18,676 nucleotides of DNA. Source: Elusimicrobiota bacterium. GTDB taxonomy: Bacteria > Elusimicrobiota > UBA8919. A program made the position numbers and the translations under genes. This document shows, piece after piece, positions 1 through 7,317 of this stretch (within the stretch, counting starts at the first letter, position 1; every line of letters starts with the position of its first letter). The stretch is from contig JBDRIG010000036.1 in NCBI GenBank assembly GCA_043816185.1, forward strand, positions 1 to 18,676, given 5' to 3'. The notes under the pieces were generated by a model. It saw only the letters and a program-made list of their open reading frames with translations. It was not told the DNA's origin and did no database searches.

Positions 1-51
1 CTTTATTATTGGTGTCATTTACAAATTTATATTCGTTTATCTCCACCCGTT

Positions 52-136
52 TAGCGGGAAGGAAGCGTGTCAAAAGATGCTGATTTTTGACAAAGGGGAT
101 GCTATTTTCTACTTGACATGCTTTTCCATAGATGAC
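52..136 (+). mobile_element. Repeat family A copy 1 (85-bp MITE-like element with subterminal inverted repeats AAGCRTGTCAA/TTGACATGCTT)
   Basis: Near-identical to 3666..3748 and to the reverse complement of 6875..6957. All copies run from TAGCGGGAAGG to GATGAC. No target duplication seen. Confidence 0.75.
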
Positions 137-146
137 GGCTATCACA

Positions 147-185
147 GAGATTGCCACGAGCCGATGAATCGGCTCTCACAATGAC
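147..185. repeat. REP-like palindromic element (GAGATTGC...CAATGAC type)
   Basis: GAGATTGCCAC-GAGCCGAT-GA-ATCGGCTC-TCACAATGAC has a perfect 8-bp inner stem. Its termini match the interrupted copies at 7135..7290 and 9963..10116. Lies downstream of proS. Confidence 0.7.
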
Positions 186-241
186 AGAATCTCGTAATGA
201 CGACGCAGGACATCCCTACTTCTTGCTTCTTATATTTCGTT

Positions 242-2044
242 TCACGATACAGCAAGGTCGAAAACTTTTTCCACATCTATCAGATTTACTGAATCTTCAT
301 TGCGATATTTTATTTCTACTTTATTTTCTTTAAGTGTTTTTTCCGAGATAGTTATGCGAATAGGAATTCCTAATAAATCGGCATCCTTAAATTTGACACC
401 TGCTCTTTCATCGCGGTCATCAAGCAAAACATCCGTTTTTTGAGAGAGTTTTTCATATATTTTATCGCAAACATTCTTAACGCTCTTGACCTCACTATTG
501 TAGCCAGTCGAAGGAAGTCCTTGCGAACCTTGTGAAAAAATAGGAATTATTATTACCTTATATGGTGCAAGCGATTTATTCCAGATAATCCCATTTTTAT
601 CATTTGATTGTTCAATTATAGCGGCGACAATACGGGATACGCCTACTCCATAGCAGCCCATTATAAAAAAATTCTTATTGCCTTTTTCGTCGAGAAAAGT
701 TGCATTCATTGCTTTAGAATATTTTGTTCCAAGTTTGAATGTATGTCCAACTTCAATTCCTCGAGAAAATTGCAATTCGCGTTTTTTACATCTCGGGCAA
801 ATATCACCTTTTTTTATTTTGCGTATATCTAAAATTTCAGTCGGTTTATAATCCCTATTGATATTTATATTTTTCAGATGATAATCTTTTTTATTGGCAC
901 CAGAAATTCCGTTGATGATTGTCTCGACAGAAAAATCCGCAAAAATTGGTAGACGGTTGGCGAGGTCGGTGGCGAGGTCGGTGGCGAGGTCGGTAGCGGC
1001 AGCAGCAGTAGAAGTAGCGTTGGTGGTCGACGGTAAATTTGAAGGGCCGGCAAAACCAATGGTCGCACCTGTAATCTTCTCGACGATTTCGCTGTTAGCA
1101 AAAATAAGTTTATCACATTTCAAAAAATCTTTTAATTTTTCTTCATTTATTTCGCAATCACCCCTAACAAGTATCATAACTGGTTTTTCGTCGGCAAGAT
1201 AGATAAGCGTTTTGATAAATTTTTCAGATTTTTCATTCAAGAACTTTCCAACCTCTTCTACCGTTTTTAAATTCGGTGTATACACTTCTTCCAATGCTTT
1301 TATATCGTGTGATGGCAATCCCACCGCTACAACACATTCTGCTTTCTCGATATTCGCACCGTAGCCACATTCACAGGAAACAATTTCTTCCTCGCCAGTA
1401 TCCGCCAAAACCATAAACTCGTGGGAAAAAGAACCGCCTATTGCACCAGTTGTTGCTTCGACAATACGAAACTTAAATCCACATCGTTGACAAATTTTTG
1501 AGTAGGCATCAAAAACGATTTTATAGTATTTATCCGCATCTTCTTCCGTCGAATGAAACGAATATGCGTCTTTCATATAAAACTCTTTTGCTCGCATAAC
1601 TCCGAAACGAGGACGAATTTCATCTCTGAATTTTGTTTGAAATTGATAAAACATTAGAGGAAGTTGTTTGTATGAGCGAACATCTTTTCTAACAAAGTCT
1701 GTTATGATTTCCTCGTGGGTGGGACCAAGACAAAACTCTCTACCAGTGCGATCTTTTATGCGACAAAGTTCTTTTCCATAAATATCCCATCTGCCGGTTT
1801 CCTTCCACAATTCTGCAGGTTGTATTGCTGGGAGTAAGAGTTCCTGTCCGCCGATTTTATTCATTTCTTCGCGAATTATTTGCTCAACATTTTTTAGAAC
1901 GCGAAGTCCTAAAGGAAGCCATTCATAAATGCCGGACGACAATTTCCTGATAAGTCCAGATCTTAACATCAATTTCAGAGAAATTGCATCTGCATCAGAC
2001 GGTGTTTCCTTAAGCGTTGGTATAAATAATTGCGAGTATTTCAT
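242..2044 (-). CDS. proS: Proline--tRNA ligase (bacterial type, with INS editing domain)
   Basis: Class II motifs LGPTHEE, QTKFRDEIRPRFGVMR..EF.MKDAYSF, GIEVGHTFKLG and MGCYGVGVSR, plus the anticodon-binding domain DDR..RAGVKFKDADLLGIP. Confidence 0.98.
   Translation of the reverse strand: MKYSQLFIPTLKETPSDADAISLKLMLRSGLIRKLSSGIYEWLPLGLRVLKNVEQIIREEMNKIGGQELLLPAIQPAELWKETGRWDIYGKELCRIKDRTGREFCLGPTHEEIITDFVRKDVRSYKQLPLMFYQFQTKFRDEIRPRFGVMRAKEFYMKDAYSFHSTEEDADKYYKIVFDAYSKICQRCGFKFRIVEATTGAIGGSFSHEFMVLADTGEEEIVSCECGYGANIEKAECVVAVGLPSHDIKALEEVYTPNLKTVEEVGKFLNEKSEKFIKTLIYLADEKPVMILVRGDCEINEEKLKDFLKCDKLIFANSEIVEKITGATIGFAGPSNLPSTTNATSTAAAATDLATDLATDLANRLPIFADFSVETIINGISGANKKDYHLKNININRDYKPTEILDIRKIKKGDICPRCKKRELQFSRGIEVGHTFKLGTKYSKAMNATFLDEKGNKNFFIMGCYGVGVSRIVAAIIEQSNDKNGIIWNKSLAPYKVIIIPIFSQGSQGLPSTGYNSEVKSVKNVCDKIYEKLSQKTDVLLDDRDERAGVKFKDADLLGIPIRITISEKTLKENKVEIKYRNEDSVNLIDVEKVFDLAVS
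959..994. repeat. In-frame 12-bp tandem repeat (GGCGAGGTCGGT x3) inside proS
   Basis: Three exact copies at 959, 971 and 983, translated as TDLA-TDLA-TDLA within a GC-rich low-complexity insert. Confidence 0.9.
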
Positions 2045-2050
2045 ATTATC

Positions 2051-3394
2051 TTATAGATATTTTTTTACTAATTCGTGCATTTCTTCGTCAGAGATTCCGA
2101 TTGTTCTTTCCGCTTCGTATTGAGTGTCAATCCACTCCTTAATTTTTATAACACCCGGATGGTTTTTTTCAACTTTAATTTTCAGATGATGATTTACCCA
2201 ATAGACAATTCCTGCCGCACCTGATTTATCGGTAATTTCGACGGAAACTGGTTTATTTAAAAGTTTATTGGTGTCAAAGATATTATAAATTTCCTCGTCT
2301 TTTAATAGACCGTCAGCATGAATTCCTGCCTTTGTAATATTAAAGTTTTTTCCGACATACGGTTGATTTGGTGGAATCTGATAACCCATTTCCTTTTCAA
2401 AATAATTCGCAATTTCGGTGATGACTGTTGTATCCATTCCGTTAGCACTACCGCGAAAAGCAATATACTCAATAACAAGTGCTTCCGTCGGAGTATTACC
2501 CGTTCGTTCTCCTATTCCCAAAAGCGAACCGTTTGTCACAGAACATCCATAAAGCCAAGCACCTATAGCATTTGTTAATGCACGATGAAAATCATTATGA
2601 CCGTGCCATTCCAACCATTCCGAAGGTACATCGGCAAGTTTTGTAAGACCATATATTATGCCATTTACAGATCTTGGTATTGAAACACCCTGATATGTAA
2701 CGCCGTAACCAAGAGTATCACAAGCGCGGATTTTTATTGGAATTTTTGTCTCTCTTGAGAGTTTCATTAATTCTTGTGCGAACGGAACAACAAATCCGTA
2801 AAAATCGGCGCGGGTTATATCTTCAAAATGGCATCTCGGACTTATGTTTTCGTTGAGTGCAGAACGAACAATATCAAGATACATATCCATAACCTGTTTG
2901 CGCGTTTTTTTCAGTTTGAGAAAAATATGGTAATCGGAAACCGACGTCAAAATACCAGTTTCCTTCAAGCCAAATTGTTTAACAAGTTTAAAATCATCTT
3001 TATTGGCTCTTATCCAGCCAGTAATTTCTGGATATCTAAGTCCCAATTCAAGGCATTTTTTTAATGCTTCTTTGTCCTTCTCTGAATAAAGAAAAAATTC
3101 TGATTGTCTGATGACACCATTTGGACCCGAAAGACGATGGAGCATTTTATAAATATCAACAATTTGTTTAACTGTGTAAGGCGGGCGGGACTGTTGTCCG
3201 TCGCGAAACGTTGTATCTGTTATCCAAATTTCTTCGGCTGGGGTCATTGGCATCACGCGCCAGTTGAACGAAATTTTTGGCACTTCACCGTAAGGAAAAA
3301 TATCCCTGTAAAGATTAGGCTCTTTCACATCTTGCAATTCATATTTATATTCTTCCTGTTCAAGTGTCCTTGTTTTCTTGTTAAATTTCAGCAT
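2051..3394 (-). CDS. Re-citrate synthase-like DRE-TIM metallolyase (isopropylmalate/homocitrate synthase superfamily)
   Basis: ITDTTFRDGQQSRPPY, HGHND and GIGERTGN motifs. The IRQSEFFLY segment resembles clostridial/Syntrophus Re-citrate synthases. No LeuA regulatory domain. Confidence 0.8.
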   Translation of the reverse strand: MLKFNKKTRTLEQEEYKYELQDVKEPNLYRDIFPYGEVPKISFNWRVMPMTPAEEIWITDTTFRDGQQSRPPYTVKQIVDIYKMLHRLSGPNGVIRQSEFFLYSEKDKEALKKCLELGLRYPEITGWIRANKDDFKLVKQFGLKETGILTSVSDYHIFLKLKKTRKQVMDMYLDIVRSALNENISPRCHFEDITRADFYGFVVPFAQELMKLSRETKIPIKIRACDTLGYGVTYQGVSIPRSVNGIIYGLTKLADVPSEWLEWHGHNDFHRALTNAIGAWLYGCSVTNGSLLGIGERTGNTPTEALVIEYIAFRGSANGMDTTVITEIANYFEKEMGYQIPPNQPYVGKNFNITKAGIHADGLLKDEEIYNIFDTNKLLNKPVSVEITDKSGAAGIVYWVNHHLKIKVEKNHPGVIKIKEWIDTQYEAERTIGISDEEMHELVKKYL

Positions 3395-3462
3395 AAATCT
3401 CCGTAATATTTATAAAATAAATCTCGATTGAGCGAGGACGTTTAGAAGTAGAGAAGCAAATT

Positions 3463-3484
3463 GTAGACACGAATTTATTCGTGC
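3463..3484 (+). repeat. GTAG-type REP-like palindrome (single copy)
   Basis: GTAG followed by A-CACGAAT-TT-ATTCGTG-C, the layout of RAYT-associated GTAG REPs. Only one copy in the window. Confidence 0.4.
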
Positions 3485-3527
3485 GATGTCTTGCACACAA
3501 TAACGATCGAAATTGCTTCGCCCTCGT

Positions 3528-3661
3528 GGCTGTCCGACAAATCGTAAAACAATCATTTTTTTGTAAAATATAGCAATATTTGGCAACTAATGGCAACAAA
3601 CAACATATCTTTTTTACTGACGCTGTGCCGTCGGTAAAGCGGAATAGGTTGTCGGACAGCC
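3528..3661 (+). mobile_element. Repeat family B copy 1 (134-bp MITE with 13-bp TIRs GGCTGTCCGACAA)
   Basis: Perfect terminal inverted repeats, extending to 17 bp here (3524..3665). Near-identical to 6962..7096. No credible coding capacity. Confidence 0.85.
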
Positions 3662-3665
3662 ACGA

Positions 3666-3748
3666 TAGCGGGAAGGAAGCATGTCAAAAGATGCTGATTT
3701 TTTACAGGGGATGCTATTTTCTACTTGACATGCTTTTCCGTGGATGAC
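3666..3748 (+). mobile_element. Repeat family A copy 2 (83 bp)
   Basis: Near-identical to 52..136. Begins 4 nt after the right TIR of element B. Confidence 0.75.
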
Positions 3749-3794
3749 TTTTCGCGATTTGCGAGACGTAATCCTAAAATCTCATCAAACGACT

Positions 3795-4775
3795 TTAGTT
3801 TACCTGCGAAATCTCTTTATATGATATACCCTCTTTGAAAAAATAGTAAAAACCTACCAATAGTATATAAATTCCACCAACAAAGTGGGATATCAAGGCG
3901 GCAGCGAAAGCAACCTCCTTCATTATAATAGTTCCATTTGTGCTAAAGAACATTATTCCAGCAACGAAGGCTGCTTCAAATGTTCCAAGACTTCCAGGGG
4001 CAGCGGGAATCGTTAAGCCTATAATAGTTATAAATAAGACAAAAATTATCGCGAAAAGCGATAAGTTAATTCCTACTATTTTTAGTAAAAAATATGTATT
4101 AAATATTTCACATAACCACACGCAAAAAGAAATAAGCATAACTATCAAAAAACTTTTTATATCAGTAATAATTTCGAAACCAACTAAGAACTTTTTAATT
4201 TTATGGACAAGCCGTTCCTTTAATTCATATTTGATAAAAGGAATTTTTTTAAAAAAATCAATAAAATGTTTTTTCACGATAAGAATACTAACAACACCGA
4301 GCACACTAATAAAAAATATAATCGCTATAAAAATTGTTTTTTTTACCCAAGGTGGAAATACAGGAAGAAATGGAACTGCCAGTAAAAGTAAAATCAGTAC
4401 GCTGATACCGTCTGTAATTCTTTCCAAAACAATAGTTGCTAATGAGGAACTTTTAGAAATATTGTGTTTTTTTCCTACAATATATGCTCGCACAAGTTCT
4501 CCAAAACGCATGGGAAAAATACAATTGGCTGCAAAACCCATTGCCAAACTTGGAAACAGTTGTTTTGCACTAAATTTTTTAATAGGTAAAAACAAAAATT
4601 TCCATCGCACAGAGCGTAAGATAAATGCCAGCGTATATGCTACAATGCACGGTAATAGCCACAGGTAGTTTCCGTTAATGATAAATTTTGCTATAGTTTT
4701 AATATCAATATTTCTTAAAACAAGATATAAAAAAAATATGCTTATTATTATTCCAAATATAATTCGTTTTTTCAT
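3795..4775 (-). CDS. Lysylphosphatidylglycerol synthase TM-domain / UPF0104 flippase-like membrane protein (326 aa)
   Basis: LRSVRW, GFAAN..FP.RFGEL.R, ERI.D and IPAAPGSLGTFE motifs with multiple TM helices. Start reset to the ATG at 4775 (MKKRIIFG) because the longer ORF runs through the tRNA. Confidence 0.88.
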   Translation of the reverse strand: MKKRIIFGIIISIFFLYLVLRNIDIKTIAKFIINGNYLWLLPCIVAYTLAFILRSVRWKFLFLPIKKFSAKQLFPSLAMGFAANCIFPMRFGELVRAYIVGKKHNISKSSSLATIVLERITDGISVLILLLLAVPFLPVFPPWVKKTIFIAIIFFISVLGVVSILIVKKHFIDFFKKIPFIKYELKERLVHKIKKFLVGFEIITDIKSFLIVMLISFCVWLCEIFNTYFLLKIVGINLSLFAIIFVLFITIIGLTIPAAPGSLGTFEAAFVAGIMFFSTNGTIIMKEVAFAAALISHFVGGIYILLVGFYYFFKEGISYKEISQVN

Positions 4776-4797
4776 TTTAATTTTATTTTTTACGACT

Positions 4798-4883
4798 TGC
4801 CGGGAGCCGGACTTGAACCGGCATGAACCATAAAGCTCGAGGGATTTTAAGTCCCTTGCGTCTACCAATTCCGCCATCCCGGC
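4798..4883 (-). tRNA. tRNA-Leu (anticodon TAA), CCA not encoded
   Basis: Acceptor stem GCCGGGA/TCCCGGC with discriminator A, D-arm GCGGAATTGGTAGACGC, anticodon arm AGGGA-CTTAAAA-TCCCT, long variable arm, T-arm GCCGG-TTCAAGT-CCGGC. Confidence 0.97.
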
Positions 4884-4933
4884 ATTTTTATTTCAAGATA
4901 ATTGACAATGGGATATTTTATCGTAATGGTTTA

Positions 4934-4962
4934 ATATTACTAAATTATTTTTTTATTGTCAA
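4934..4962 (-). promoter_or_regulatory. Sigma70-type promoter for tRNA-Leu
   Basis: TTGACA (4962..4957), 17-bp spacer, TAATAT (4939..4934), about 50 nt upstream of the tRNA. Confidence 0.65.
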
Positions 4963-5032
4963 GATTTTTTGCATCCAATTAAGTTCAACGTCGGATTTAG
5001 TGGATTTTTTTCAGTGGAGCCCAGTCGTCATT

Positions 5033-5145
5033 GAGACTGTGTCGCAATGAGCTAAAAAGTTGCATTTTTATAGAAGATAGCAACTGATGGTAAAATATGG
5101 TATTGCAATCCTAGATGGTGGGGGGGTGGATTGTAACACAGTCTC
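5033..5145 (-). mobile_element. Repeat family C copy 1 (113-bp MITE, diverged, inverted relative to copies 2 and 3)
   Basis: TIRs GAGACTGTGTCGCAAT / ATTGTAACACAGTCTC (2 mismatches). Body matches the reverse complement of 7141..7257. Confidence 0.85.
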
Positions 5146-5283
5146 CATGACAACAATTAAATTCCGTTCTGCTTCCGTTAACTGTTTATATGTTCTTTTC
5201 ATATCTGCCTATTATAGCAGATTTTCAATCCAGCGTCAGCGGTGTTGCACTAACATATTGAACTTGTTATTTGATACGTAGTG

Positions 5284-5312
5284 TTGAAAAATTTTAATTA
5301 TTTATGTATAAT
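5284..5312 (+). promoter_or_regulatory. Sigma70-type promoter upstream of the primase-like gene
   Basis: TTGAAA (5284..5289), 17-bp spacer, TATAAT (5307..5312). The region is AT-rich, so a chance match is possible. Confidence 0.55.
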
Positions 5313-5443
5313 CATTTCCAAAAAAAAAGAAGACTAATCTATTACAGAATTCTCAGGAAAGAAAGTCTTTGGCTTTAGTGGTTGTTCGACAATTGTTTTT
5401 AGGAAAAATAGTCCGTTGTTCGTTTGAAGGCGGAGATAAAAAA

Positions 5444-6835
5444 GTGCTTAATCAAATTGAATATTACAGAGATGCGTTTGTAGGGAACCGATTTTTAGAG
5501 TTCATAAATAAAGCAGAATATATTGTTGGTTATGGTGAAGCAGAGATACAAAATAAAAATCCCAAAGCATATTATTCAGCCCCACTAACACATCTTTGGG
5601 CGATGATGGAACGTGGGCTTGATATTTTCAGTTCTATTTTAGGGTACGATGGTACTCTGGTTTCACTCGATATAGATTATTACAATTCAAAATCTCCCGG
5701 TGAAATCTATTTTGATTCGGACAATGTTTTCAAAAATAAAATTGAACCCATTCGTGAGATAGTAAAAAGTGTGTATCGTGATTTTGGTATTAGTTATCTT
5801 GAAGTAATTACTGGATGCGGTTATCATTATCATTCGCTTTGGCCTTTTAATAATGAGCACTGGCAGTTGGAAAAAATAGGTTGTCTTGAGTATACACTTG
5901 AACAGCAATATATTGACAGGCGAAGTCAGGATGGTCGCAATCCAATACCTGTTTATAAAGGATTTGGCCATTCGGGTGCATTCCGACTTTTACAATTTAT
6001 TTCGTTAGAAATAATGGAACGTGCTTCTTGCTTACGCGAAAAAAATAAAAAAATTATACAAATTGAATTTTGTGATATAGAAGTACCATCACCAGGCTGC
6101 GTGTCTATTGATTTGACCACTTATTCAGATCCGCTTTATATGCGAGTTTTAAGAGTCCCTTTCAGTACTCATCAAAAACACAAAGTGAAAAAACATGAAA
6201 TAGGCGAGGACATAAGCAATCTGGTACCAATTCAAACTATCCTCCCGACAAGTGATATGTCAATCGACAATCTTCTTAAAATGAGAAGGAATTTTCGGTG
6301 GTCTTCTGACTATGCGAGGGATCCAAAATCATCGTGCATTATACCAAATAGCTCTAAAGGATGGCTGAATGTTTTGTCAAAATATAAAAATTCGGAACTT
6401 CATCAATTCCACACTAAATTTGATAGTATAGATTATGAAAAAGAAAACGATTGGTCAACAACCTATTATGCTTTAAATTTAAACGAATTGCTCCCGTGTG
6501 TCAAACACAGTATTGTTATCCCCGAGCCGCACATTAAAAAACCAACCAATATAAGAAAAATTGTAGCAGTTTTAAGATCGAAGGGTTGGGATTATAAACA
6601 CATTGCTGGATTTTTTTACAGCCATTTCAAAAAGTTGATTGATTTTTCGTCGAATAAATATAATGCTGAAATCCGTGCCAACTTTTTTGTTCAACTATAC
6701 GGTGCGCCAATATATCTTGGAATTGATAAATTACTTGATATAAATTGTATTTCACATAGCGAGATTGGATATTGTATAAAATCGTTGTGTGGGCATGATT
6801 TGGCACTATGGAAACCGAACGATTGCAAAGATTAA
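5444..6835 (+). CDS. Putative archaeo-eukaryotic primase/polymerase (AEP) with PriL-like C-terminal Cys cluster (about 463 aa); otherwise hypothetical protein
   Basis: Long ORF (track start 5369). The GTG at 5444 follows a GGAG RBS. Motifs LVSLDID, ITGCGYHYH and SIDL...RVLRVPFSTHQK, with C-terminal LLPC...C-x8-C-x4-C. Confidence 0.7.
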   Translation: MLNQIEYYRDAFVGNRFLEFINKAEYIVGYGEAEIQNKNPKAYYSAPLTHLWAMMERGLDIFSSILGYDGTLVSLDIDYYNSKSPGEIYFDSDNVFKNKIEPIREIVKSVYRDFGISYLEVITGCGYHYHSLWPFNNEHWQLEKIGCLEYTLEQQYIDRRSQDGRNPIPVYKGFGHSGAFRLLQFISLEIMERASCLREKNKKIIQIEFCDIEVPSPGCVSIDLTTYSDPLYMRVLRVPFSTHQKHKVKKHEIGEDISNLVPIQTILPTSDMSIDNLLKMRRNFRWSSDYARDPKSSCIIPNSSKGWLNVLSKYKNSELHQFHTKFDSIDYEKENDWSTTYYALNLNELLPCVKHSIVIPEPHIKKPTNIRKIVAVLRSKGWDYKHIAGFFYSHFKKLIDFSSNKYNAEIRANFFVQLYGAPIYLGIDKLLDINCISHSEIGYCIKSLCGHDLALWKPNDCKD

Positions 6836-6874
6836 ACGGCAGACGAAGATAACAAATGGCGGACGATTTTGTTC

Positions 6875-6957
6875 GTCATCCACGGAAAAGCATGTCAAGT
6901 AGAAAATAGTATCCCTTGTCAAAAATCAGCATCTTTTGACACGCTTCCTTCCCGCTA
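6875..6957 (-). mobile_element. Repeat family A copy 3 (83 bp, inverted)
   Basis: Reverse complement of copies 1 and 2. Its TAGCG end lies 4 nt from the left TIR of element B copy 2. Confidence 0.75.
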
Positions 6958-6961
6958 AAGA

Positions 6962-7096
6962 GGCTGTCCGACAAATCGTAAAACAGTCATTTTTTGTAAA
7001 ATATAGCAGTATTTGGCAACTAATAGCAACAAACAACACATCATTTTTTTACTGACGCTGTGTCGTCGGTAAAGCGGACTATGTTGTCGGACAGCC
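6962..7096 (+). mobile_element. Repeat family B copy 2 (135-bp MITE)
   Basis: GGCTGTCCGACAA...TTGTCGGACAGCC, near-identical to 3528..3661. Confidence 0.85.
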
Positions 7097-7103
7097 ACGA
7101 TAG

Positions 7104-7290
7104 CGAAGCAATCTCGAACTTCAACTTCAACACCGAGATTGAGACTGTGTCGCAATCCATCTTTTACCATTTAGTGTTGAATTGCAGTACCATATTTTAC
7201 CATCAGTTGCTATCTTCTATAAAAATGCAACTTTTTAGCTCATTGCGACACAGTCTCATTGCCGCGAGTCCTGCGAACTCTTGCAATGAC
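7104..7290. repeat. Inverted REP-like pair (CGAAGCAATCTC...GAGATTGC...GCAATGAC) interrupted by element C
   Basis: Removing 7141..7257 and one ATT restores GAGATTGCCGCGAGTCCTGCGAACTCTTGCAATGAC. GCAATCTCG (7108..7116) can pair with the restored CGAGATTGC. Confidence 0.7.
7141..7257 (+). mobile_element. Repeat family C copy 2 (117-bp MITE, perfect 16-bp TIRs, ATT target duplication)
   Basis: GAGACTGTGTCGCAAT / ATTGCGACACAGTCTC, flanked by ATT at 7138..7140 and 7258..7260. Confidence 0.9.
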
Positions 7291-7317
7291 CAAAAGTAGA
7301 GTTATGACACAGTCTCA

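Noticed and set aside
1..18. Possible start of a downstream minus-strand gene (MTPIIK) and possible 3' end of an upstream gene at 18629..18676
   Set aside because: Too little sequence at the window edges to support either call.
959..994. Possible CRISPR array
   Set aside because: The repeats are contiguous 12-mers without spacers and lie in frame in proS. The dispersed repeats elsewhere are not regularly spaced and there are no cas genes.
3381..3599. 72-aa ORF and the similar 71-aa ORF at 6955..7170
   Set aside because: Their similarity comes from reading through MITE B. No RBS or recognisable domain.
3940..4668. 242-aa plus-strand ORF
   Set aside because: Antisense shadow of the membrane-protein gene. 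The same applies to the other short ORFs overlapping confident genes.
4776..4877. N-terminal extension of the 360-aa ORF (MAELVDARDLKS...)
   Set aside because: It is mostly a translation of the tRNA-Leu gene. The real start is most likely the ATG at 4775.
5033..5145. DGR-like adenine-specific mutagenesis among C copies
   Set aside because: No reverse transcriptase in the window, the repeat is non-coding, and the changes are confined to one short run.
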